From contig JBAQRV010000001.1 in assembly GCA_049296095.1 (NCBI GenBank), positions 630,001 to 662,000 of the forward strand: a stretch of 32,000 nucleotides of DNA, read 5' to 3'. The notes beneath the pieces are model-generated. The model did no database searches, was not told the DNA's origin, and saw nothing but the letters and a program-made list of their open reading frames with translations. Numbering within the stretch: the first letter of the stretch is position 1; the number at the start of each line of letters is the position of its first letter. Shown here one piece after another: positions 24,424-30,876 of this stretch. This DNA comes from Candidatus Saccharimonadota bacterium (GTDB lineage: Bacteria; Patescibacteriota; Saccharimonadia; Saccharimonadales; Saccharimonadaceae). Both the position numbers and the translations under genes were made by a program.

Positions 24424-26819
24424 AGTTATTGAATCAAAAGAGCCACCGCGCACAGAAGGCGCGGCTGGGTCGTCACCTGTCGCCGTGGATAGCTTCATTA
24501 GAGGTGAGCGTCGTGTTGCTGCTCGTAGGGGGATTGGCATTGCTAGTTTTTGGCTATGCACTAGGGTGGATTTTGATAGGCCTGCTGGTTGTGCCTGTCA
24601 TGATTGTTGAATGGTACAAGAATGAACTACGAGACGTCGCTCCGATAAAAGACGGCCAGTCTGTCGATGACTTGCTGGAGGCGGATATTCTGGCACTCCT
24701 TCCTTCGCAGCCAACCCCTCAAGATATCGCGCGTGCTGTATCACGTACTCATAGCGGCGTATTTTTTGCGGTTCGTTTTGGGGTCGGCGGCGGCTTTTTG
24801 GAGCAGACCGTTTCGAGCAATCGTGATGATACGGCGGCCGTTTTTACAGAAGCTTTGAAGATAACGAGTCAGGTCGGCCGAATGACGGCAGGGGTACTTA
24901 TCTTGGCGTTGGTTCGTCAGATCCCTGGCAAGACTTCGTTACTGGGACACCTTCAGCTAGATGAGGACGATTTGATCCGCGGCATTCAATGGCATCACCA
25001 CCTTCTTGATATCGTCGAGCGCTCACGAAAGAAACAGCGTCCAGGTGGGGTTGGCCGCGATTGGACGTTTGGATGGATCCCGCAATTGTCCCGCTATGGG
25101 CAGAATATTTCTGAGGGAGCGCCAGTGCCTTATAGTGTTCGTGAAGAACCGTTTGCTCAACTGATGGGAGGGCTCGAGAATAGTGCCGGTTCGATAGCGT
25201 TGGTTGGGAAGACAGGTGTTGGCAAGACTGAAGTCGTGTACCAGCTAGCGGGAAAGCTGATGCATCCCGATGATTCTGTCCCTCCTAAGTTGCGCTACCA
25301 CCAGATCTTTATGCTCGATGCCTCGCGACTCATTTCGATGACTGGCGAGAAAGGTGACTTGGAAGGGCTGATTACTACACTACTTGGTGAAGCCTTTGTC
25401 GCCAAAAATATTATCGTCTGGTTGGATAACGCCCAGTTGTTCTTTGAGGATGGTGTCGGGTCGGTTGATATTAGCAATCTATTATTGCCAATTTTGGAAG
25501 CTGGTCGTCTGCCGATGATTTTGGCGCTTGATGAACAACGTTTCTTGCAGATTAGTAAACGAACCCCAGCACTTGCCAAGGCTGTAGCGCGGATTAACAT
25601 CCAGCCGACGAGTGAGTCGGATACTTTAAAGGTGCTCGAAGAGCATTTACCTCAACTTGAATACAGACGCAAGGTGACCTATATGTATCAAGCCTTGAAG
25701 GAAGCCTATAAGCTCAGTGCTCGCTATGTCTATGATGTTTCTATGCCTGGGCAGGCCGTATCGTTGCTTGAGTCGGCGGCCGATTATGCCGAGGCCGGTT
25801 TGGTGACGGTGAAATCGGTTAATATGGCGATTGAAAAGACGATTGGGGTGAAAACGAATATCGTCGATGATGACAGTGAGCGTGAAACCTTACTTAATCT
25901 AGAGTCCTTGATTCATAAGCGTATGATCGGTCAAGATCGAGCAGTGAGTGTAGTATCTGATGCATTGAGGCGAGCTCGGGCGGGAGTACGTAATCAAAAG
26001 CGACCAGTTGGCACGTTTATGTTCCTCGGCCCTACTGGTGTTGGTAAAACCGAGCTGGCAAAGTCGCTGGCGGCGGTGTATTTTGGCGGTGAGGACAAAA
26101 TGATTCGCTTAGACATGAACGAGTTCGTGTCGAGTAAGGATGTGGCGCGGTTGATTGCGGACGGGACCGAAGACTCATCTAGCCTAACGGCGCAAGTTAT
26201 GAAGCAGCCATTTAGCGTAGTGTTGTTGGATGAGATCGAAAAAGCGCATTCGAGTGTTTTGACGACCTTATTGCAAATGCTCGATGAGGGGATCTTGCGC
26301 GATGCCCGTAACCGCGAGGTGAGTTTCAGAGACACGATCGTGATTGCGACAAGTAATGCTGGCTCGGATCGAATTCAAGAATATTTGCACCGTGGCTATG
26401 ATTTGCAGCAGTTTGAAGACAAGTTTGTTGATGAATTGATCGGTGGTAATATCTTTCACCCAGAGTTTCTCAACCGTTTTGATGAGATTGTCGTGTTTGG
26501 GCCACTGGCGAAGAACGAGTTACTACAAGTGGTCGATCTTATCTTGAGGGAAGTGAATGGTAATTTGAAAGATCAGAAAGTGAAAGTGACTGTGACGGCC
26601 GACGCGAAGGACTATCTCGTCGAGGCAGGCTATGATCCACGACTTGGTGCTCGACCGATGCGCCGCGTGGTGCAGCGAGCGGTTGAAAATACGGTGGCGA
26701 AATTGATGCTCGCAAAAGAGGCAGGACCAGGCAGCACGATTGAGATTACGCTCGAGCAGGTCAAGGAAATGCTTGATAAAAAAGACCGAGCAGAAGAGAT
26801 TGTGGCGGAAAATAAATAG
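24414..26819 (+). CDS. membrane-anchored two-ring Clp/Hsp100-family AAA+ ATPase (ClpA/ClpB-like)
   Basis: I call the start at ATG 24414 (ATGGATATAA overlaps the upstream stop); the tracked start 24348 lies inside the previous gene. It has two N-terminal TM helices and a Clp_N-like repeat. D1 has Walker A GKTGVGKT but Walker B IVWLDNAQ. D2 has GPTGVGKT and VVLLDEIEKAH, and the GARPMRRVVQ small domain is present. Confidence 0.85.
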   Translation: MDIKLLNQKSHRAQKARLGRHLSPWIASLEVSVVLLLVGGLALLVFGYALGWILIGLLVVPVMIVEWYKNELRDVAPIKDGQSVDDLLEADILALLPSQPTPQDIARAVSRTHSGVFFAVRFGVGGGFLEQTVSSNRDDTAAVFTEALKITSQVGRMTAGVLILALVRQIPGKTSLLGHLQLDEDDLIRGIQWHHHLLDIVERSRKKQRPGGVGRDWTFGWIPQLSRYGQNISEGAPVPYSVREEPFAQLMGGLENSAGSIALVGKTGVGKTEVVYQLAGKLMHPDDSVPPKLRYHQIFMLDASRLISMTGEKGDLEGLITTLLGEAFVAKNIIVWLDNAQLFFEDGVGSVDISNLLLPILEAGRLPMILALDEQRFLQISKRTPALAKAVARINIQPTSESDTLKVLEEHLPQLEYRRKVTYMYQALKEAYKLSARYVYDVSMPGQAVSLLESAADYAEAGLVTVKSVNMAIEKTIGVKTNIVDDDSERETLLNLESLIHKRMIGQDRAVSVVSDALRRARAGVRNQKRPVGTFMFLGPTGVGKTELAKSLAAVYFGGEDKMIRLDMNEFVSSKDVARLIADGTEDSSSLTAQVMKQPFSVVLLDEIEKAHSSVLTTLLQMLDEGILRDARNREVSFRDTIVIATSNAGSDRIQEYLHRGYDLQQFEDKFVDELIGGNIFHPEFLNRFDEIVVFGPLAKNELLQVVDLILREVNGNLKDQKVKVTVTADAKDYLVEAGYDPRLGARPMRRVVQRAVENTVAKLMLAKEAGPGSTIEITLEQVKEMLDKKDRAEEIVAENK

Positions 26820-26845
26820 TTCGGCCGAAACCGAACTATTTGTAT
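26814..26845 (+). terminator. terminator of the AAA+ gene
   Basis: AAATAGTTCGG-ccgaaa-CCGAACTATTT is an 11-bp stem that includes the stop codon, followed by a short T-rich run. Confidence 0.7.
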
Positions 26846-26850
26846 AATCT

Positions 26851-26928
26851 TGGGGCGAATGATGGGGATTGAACCCACTACCTACGGAACCACAACCCGT
26901 CGCTCTAACCAAATGAGCTACATTCGCC
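26851..26928 (-). tRNA. tRNA-His (anticodon GUG) with encoded G-1 and CCA
   Basis: Manual fold of the reverse strand: G-1, acceptor GCGAATG/CATTCGC, D arm GCTC...GAGC, anticodon arm ACGGG-ttGTGgt-TCCGT, T arm GTGGG-ttcaatc-CCCAT, discriminator C (can pair with G-1), then CCA. Confidence 0.9.
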
Positions 26929-26960
26929 ACGAATGTTTGTGCTATGTTATTTTAACAGAT

Positions 26961-26988
26961 GTGACTCGATAAGAGAATATGGTATAAT
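26961..26988 (+). promoter_or_regulatory. candidate extended -10 promoter of tRNA-Gly
   Basis: GTGACT (26961-26966), a 16-nt spacer, then TGgTATAAT (26980-26988), 10 nt before the tRNA. Confidence 0.45.
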
Positions 26989-26998
26989 GGCTAAATCT

Positions 26999-27073
26999 GC
27001 GGGCGTCGTATAATGGCTAATATTCGTGCCTTCCAAGCATGCGATGCGAGTTCGATTCTCGCCGCCCGCACCA
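26999..27073 (+). tRNA. tRNA-Gly (anticodon UCC), CCA encoded
   Basis: Manual fold: acceptor GCGGGCG/CGCCCGC, anticodon arm CGTGC-cTTCCaa-GCATG, T arm GCGAG-ttcgatt-CTCGC, discriminator A, then CCA. Confidence 0.9.
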
Positions 27074-27088
27074 GATGAAGCATTGGAG

Positions 27089-27117
27089 ACGGTTAGAACT
27101 TTTCTAGCCGTTTTTTG
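27089..27117 (+). terminator. terminator after tRNA-Gly
   Basis: ACGGTTAGA-acttt-TCTAGCCGT stem (with one G-U pair) followed by TTTTTTG. Confidence 0.7.
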
Positions 27118-27136
27118 TAAGTTCTTTTTGATTACG

Positions 27137-27346
27137 CTACGATAAGAGTTTACGTGGCTTCACTTTTGCCACAAAGAACAGATATACAATTTCGAGTATC
27201 CCGACAGTGTTAATTAGCAAGAGTACGACAAACCATACCTGGTTCTTTTTCCGCGCTGCATGCCAAAGGGCGAGACCTTTCCAAAATAATGTCCAGATAG
27301 CGATAAGGATGACAAAGATAATCTGCGGGGTAGTGAGTGTTTCCAT
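27137..27346 (-). CDS. DUF5652-family small membrane protein
   Basis: 69 aa with two TM helices. WKGLALWHAARKKNQVWFVVLLLINTVGILEIVYLF matches my recollection of the DUF5652 signature, common in CPR genomes. It starts 8 nt after the ATP-grasp stop. Confidence 0.6.
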   Translation of the reverse strand: METLTTPQIIFVILIAIWTLFWKGLALWHAARKKNQVWFVVLLLINTVGILEIVYLFFVAKVKPRKLLS

Positions 27347-27354
27347 GATGCATA

Positions 27355-28194
27355 CTATATACCTTGGCTGGGAGGTTGTCTATGAAGGTCCGCCATATGA
27401 AGGGGTTGCTCATGAGCAGAGAACATAGTTAGTACAATACTTTCATACACGCGCTGAGCGTCCTGTCTATATTCGTTTGAAGCTCGAGAGAAGTGTTCCA
27501 TCATAATGCCGTCATTTATCTCAAGAATCATAAATGAACCGTCCCGTCGCTCAATAATATCAACAGCAGCGAGTCGTAGTTGCAGTGCTTTGCAGGCATT
27601 GATGGCAAGTGCTTGAATCTCATTGGGTGCGTTTATTTTCAAGGGCACAGCGCCGAGTCCCAGGTTGAACATTGCAAGTCCGTCGATTGTAACGGGGCGT
27701 TTCTCGTAGGCCAATAGTACTGCTTGATCAAGAACTATTAAACGAATCTCGCGCTTTATTGGTATGAACGGTGAGATAGCCCAGGCATCGTTAGGTTCGG
27801 TGTCTATCCATGCGATCGCTTCTTTAGTGCTATTGAATTTTTGGACGCCGTGACCGCTCGTGCCAATGAGCGGCTTAATGACGACTTGTTTCCATTCGGC
27901 CGCTTGGTGTGTGTCATAATGAATCGACTTTGTTCTCACAAGAACGTGCGGGACCGATGGGATATGGTGAGCATCAAGAATCAGATGACTACTCACCTTA
28001 TCTTCTGCAGACAAGCCAGCAACGCTATGGTTAAGAGGGAATTTGTAGCCAATAATTCTTTCAGTCTGATCGCCTCTTGAAAGTTCTAATACCCAGTCAT
28101 GAGAGAAGGTTTTGACTGTAATATCATGCGTATGACAAACATCCCGTACCATCTGTACGAGCCAGCGATCTTTGATGAATTCTCCCTTGAGCAT
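27355..28194 (-). CDS. ATP-grasp domain protein of unknown substrate
   Basis: ATP-grasp hallmarks: VVIKPLIGTSGHGV, PFIPIKREIRLIVLD, and AAVDIIERRDGSFMILEINDG. I call the start at ATG 28194, with TATACT (28206-28201) 6 nt upstream. The tracked start 28239 would place the promoter inside the tRNA-Arg gene. Confidence 0.7.
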   Translation of the reverse strand: MLKGEFIKDRWLVQMVRDVCHTHDITVKTFSHDWVLELSRGDQTERIIGYKFPLNHSVAGLSAEDKVSSHLILDAHHIPSVPHVLVRTKSIHYDTHQAAEWKQVVIKPLIGTSGHGVQKFNSTKEAIAWIDTEPNDAWAISPFIPIKREIRLIVLDQAVLLAYEKRPVTIDGLAMFNLGLGAVPLKINAPNEIQALAINACKALQLRLAAVDIIERRDGSFMILEINDGIMMEHFSRASNEYRQDAQRVYESIVLTMFSAHEQPLHMADLHRQPPSQGI

Positions 28195-28241
28195 GCGACT
28201 AGTATACCTGTAAGGGGTAAGTCTTGCTATAATGATCACAC

Positions 28242-28318
28242 GCCCCGGTAGCTCAGTTGGATAGAGCAGAGGACTTCTAAGCCTAAGGTCGCAGGTTCAA
28301 ATCCTGCCCGGGGTACCA
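28242..28318 (+). tRNA. tRNA-Arg (anticodon UCU), CCA encoded, weak anticodon stem
   Basis: Manual fold: acceptor GCCCCGG/CCGGGGT (G1-U72), D arm GCTC-agttggata-GAGC, anticodon arm GAGGA-cTTCTaa-GCCTA (only 3 Watson-Crick pairs), T arm GCAGG-ttcaaat-CCTGC. TATAAT lies at 28228-28233. Confidence 0.8.
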
Positions 28319-28340
28319 AGTGAACCACTTTAGAACCATA

Positions 28341-28367
28341 AATACTTCCTTTGGGAAGTATTTTGTT
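28341..28367 (+). terminator. terminator after tRNA-Arg
   Basis: AATACTTCC-tttg-GGAAGTATT is a 9-bp stem running into TTTTGTT. Confidence 0.7.
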
Positions 28368-28378
28368 ATGATTAAATT

Positions 28379-28831
28379 ATGTCAAAGCTAAATCTCGCTA
28401 TCTGTGCCAGCGCCTCATTCTACAAAGAAGTTATTGAATTCAGTTACAAACTTGAGGATTTGGGTATTAATGTCATTTTACCAAAGACGGCAGCAAGAAT
28501 GAGAAACGAGCATCGTGAGAATGACGAAGCCAAGACTGATTGGTCAGTTGCACATGTAGGGTATCACGGTAAAGCGTTGCTGATTCGTGAACACTTTGAA
28601 GAGATTGCCCAGAGTGATGCTATTCTCGTGATGAATTATGAAAAGCATGGTAAAACAAACTATATTGGTCCAAACGTTCTAATGGAAATGGCTGTATCGT
28701 TCTATTTAGGTAAACCAATCTATGTCCTTAACGATCAGCCTGAAGATTCACCATTAATTGATGAGATTCTGGGGCTTGAACCTATATTTCTTAAGGGTGA
28801 TATTACGAAACTAAGTGTTGCTTCGAAATAA
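28379..28831 (+). CDS. nucleoside 2-deoxyribosyltransferase-like protein (tentative)
   Basis: 150 aa. N-terminal LAICASASFY and later SDAILVMN...NYIGPNVLMEMAVSFYLGKPIYVL resemble the Rossmann-like N-deoxyribosyltransferase superfamily layout (conserved Glu after a Gly-rich turn). TGtTATGAT ends 6 nt before the ATG. Confidence 0.45.
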   Translation: MSKLNLAICASASFYKEVIEFSYKLEDLGINVILPKTAARMRNEHRENDEAKTDWSVAHVGYHGKALLIREHFEEIAQSDAILVMNYEKHGKTNYIGPNVLMEMAVSFYLGKPIYVLNDQPEDSPLIDEILGLEPIFLKGDITKLSVASK

Positions 28832-28888
28832 CGAGTTCTCTTGCCAATTTAACAATAACCTCATAGTATTTCGTTGTAACCCTCTCCT

Positions 28889-29227
28889 TTACTTCCCCCG
28901 TTTCTTAGCAATATCTCGGTTTAATTTCTTGCCCTGTATGTCCTTATAAGATTTCTCCCCTCGAACCAACTCGTCTGCAAAGGCAGCGACGTCTGTTCCT
29001 GTGATATCGATGACTCGTCTGTCGCTGTCCGCTGCTTCTTCGAGCATGTCGACGAGTGCTTTGAGTGGCTCCATTGAGAGTATACCTGATGTATTAAAAA
29101 TATAGTTTCTTATTTCTTTGTAGGCGGCAGCGTACTCGGCAGGGAGTGCCTTGGCGCGTGCTTCGTTTTGTCGGTAGGCTTTCTTTTCTTCGAGATTGCC
29201 GATGATTGTGTCTATAATTTTACCCAT
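28889..29227 (-). CDS. DUF1048 domain protein (PadR-associated)
   Basis: 112 aa helical protein (EEKKAYRQNEARAKALPAEYAAAYKEIRNYIF...). It lies immediately downstream of a PadR regulator, the usual DUF1048 context. Confidence 0.65.
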   Translation of the reverse strand: MGKIIDTIIGNLEEKKAYRQNEARAKALPAEYAAAYKEIRNYIFNTSGILSMEPLKALVDMLEEAADSDRRVIDITGTDVAAFADELVRGEKSYKDIQGKKLNRDIAKKRGK

Positions 29228-29228
29228 A

Positions 29229-29549
29229 TTATTTGCTCCTTAATTCATTAATCTTTGATGATACAAAATCCCATTTCGCCCAGAATCGATGCAGTTCACT
29301 GTGACCGGCTTTGGTGAGCGAATAGAATTTACGAGGTGGTCCCATGTCGGACGGCTTCTTTTCTGATGCGATGAAATTGTTTCGCTCGAGTCGAACCAGA
29401 ATAGTGTAAACAGTCCCTTCAACGACATCTGTGAAGCCGAGAGTGCGGAGCTGTTGAGTGATGTCATAGCCGTAGGTTTTACCGCGACTAATAATCTCGA
29501 GCACGCAGCCCTCGAGTGATCCTTTTAACATTTCAGTAATATTTTCCAA
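29229..29549 (-). CDS. PadR family transcriptional regulator
   Basis: 106 aa winged helix: LKGSLEGCVLEIISRGKTYGYDITQQL...VVEGTVYTILVRLERNNFI...PPRKFYSLTKAG. TTG start with SD AAGGGG 7 nt upstream. Confidence 0.85.
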   Translation of the reverse strand: MENITEMLKGSLEGCVLEIISRGKTYGYDITQQLRTLGFTDVVEGTVYTILVRLERNNFIASEKKPSDMGPPRKFYSLTKAGHSELHRFWAKWDFVSSKINELRSK

Positions 29550-29567
29550 GTGCTATCCCCTTTCATT

Positions 29568-29592
29568 CAGTACATAGTAACACTTATTACTG
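29568..29592. promoter_or_regulatory. imperfect palindrome, candidate PadR operator
   Basis: CAGTAcatAGTaacacttattACTgcTACTG-like dyad (8 of 12 half-site positions pair), lying between the padR SD and a possible TTGACG (29626-29621) promoter. Confidence 0.3.
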
Positions 29593-29643
29593 CTATATAG
29601 TATCACGTAGTAGCATGCATCGTCAATACCTTCTGGTGGTATA

Positions 29644-30828
29644 ATGAAGCAAATGGTGTGGCGCTTTGTACTAAGTCTCGTCTTGCTCGTCGTTTCGGTG
29701 GTCGGGTTGGGTAGTGTTGCCTTGGCTCAAGATGGTGATAAGCGACTGATGACGGTATATGACCGAGGTGAGACAAGTGTTTTTTTGTCTGATGCAAAAA
29801 CAATTGGTGAGGCTTTGGAGGCACAAAACATTGAACTTGATCCACGCGATACCGTTGAGCCATCTATCGACCAGGAATTAATCGCAACCGAATATCAGGT
29901 AAATATTTATCGTGCCAGGCCTGTCGTGGTGGTTGATGGGGCGACTCGGATAAAGACTATATCGCCGTATCAGACGGCGCAGCAGATTGCTAAGGATGTC
30001 GGGGTAACTATTTACGACGACGATAAAACGACATTGGAGCCGCTGAGTAATTTTGTGAACGACGGCGCTGGGCTGCAACTGACCATTACACGAGCAACCA
30101 CGATTATACTCGATCTTTATGGCAAGCGAACAGAGGTTCGGACGTTGGCCAAAACGGTGAGGGATATGTTAGACGAAAAGGATATTGTGCTCGGTGAGAA
30201 GGGGCGCGTGTCGGTGCCAGTAACAACGCCAATTTCTCAAGGTATGGAAGTGCGGGTCTGGCGTGAGGGCGTTCAGACTATTTCGGTCGATCAGGAGATC
30301 CCTTTTAGTAACCAGATCGTCTACGATGCGGACCGACCGCTGGGTTATCGTACAACTCAAAGCAAGGGTGAGCCAGGCCTCCGAAGTATCACCTATGAAA
30401 TTGAGATTAAGGATGGAGTTGAGGTTTCGAGGGTCGAGATTGCGAATATTGTGACTCGAAATGCGGTTTCGCAAACTGAAATTATTGGACTTCGCAACGA
30501 TGGCGGTGGCTTAACCGCAGCTAAGGGTGCTCAGTACTATACGGACAGTAACGGCGTTTCCCATCGGGAAACCTATTATGATTTGAATATGAATGTCGTG
30601 ATGCGTAGTTGTGGTCAGGGTGGCTATTATACGGTGCGGCCTGACGGTGCCAAGGTAGATGCCCAGGGCTATATCATTGTGGCAGCAAACTATTCAAACT
30701 ATCCGAAGTGTTCCGTGGTAGAGACGAGCCTAGGACCGGGAAAAGTCTATGATACTGGTGGCTTTGCAGCGCGCCATCCATTTGGATTCGACCTGGCGAC
30801 CGACTGGACGCGAGCCGACGGTATCTAA
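29644..30828 (+). CDS. secreted cell-wall protein with DUF348 repeats, G5 domain and C-terminal 3D/DPBB domain (YabE/RpfB-like architecture)
   Basis: Signal peptide ...GSVALA/QDG, then DUF348-like repeats, then a G5 domain (VWREGVQTISVDQEIPF...GYRTTQSKGEPGL...YEIEIKDG), then a C-terminal 3D-like domain (...VAANYSNYPKCSVVETSLGPGKVYDTGGF). An alternative leaderless start is ATG 29653, 7 nt after TGgTATAAT. Confidence 0.8.
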   Translation: MKQMVWRFVLSLVLLVVSVVGLGSVALAQDGDKRLMTVYDRGETSVFLSDAKTIGEALEAQNIELDPRDTVEPSIDQELIATEYQVNIYRARPVVVVDGATRIKTISPYQTAQQIAKDVGVTIYDDDKTTLEPLSNFVNDGAGLQLTITRATTIILDLYGKRTEVRTLAKTVRDMLDEKDIVLGEKGRVSVPVTTPISQGMEVRVWREGVQTISVDQEIPFSNQIVYDADRPLGYRTTQSKGEPGLRSITYEIEIKDGVEVSRVEIANIVTRNAVSQTEIIGLRNDGGGLTAAKGAQYYTDSNGVSHRETYYDLNMNVVMRSCGQGGYYTVRPDGAKVDAQGYIIVAANYSNYPKCSVVETSLGPGKVYDTGGFAARHPFGFDLATDWTRADGI

Positions 30829-30876
30829 CGTGTATCTCGCTCTGTTCCACGAAGGTGCTTATGCTATATTTAATGT

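Noticed and set aside
26523-26930. 135-aa ORF on the minus strand covering the tRNA-His gene and the AAA+ 3' end
   Set aside because: It overlaps a clean tRNA cloverleaf and a terminator and is antisense to a well-supported CDS.
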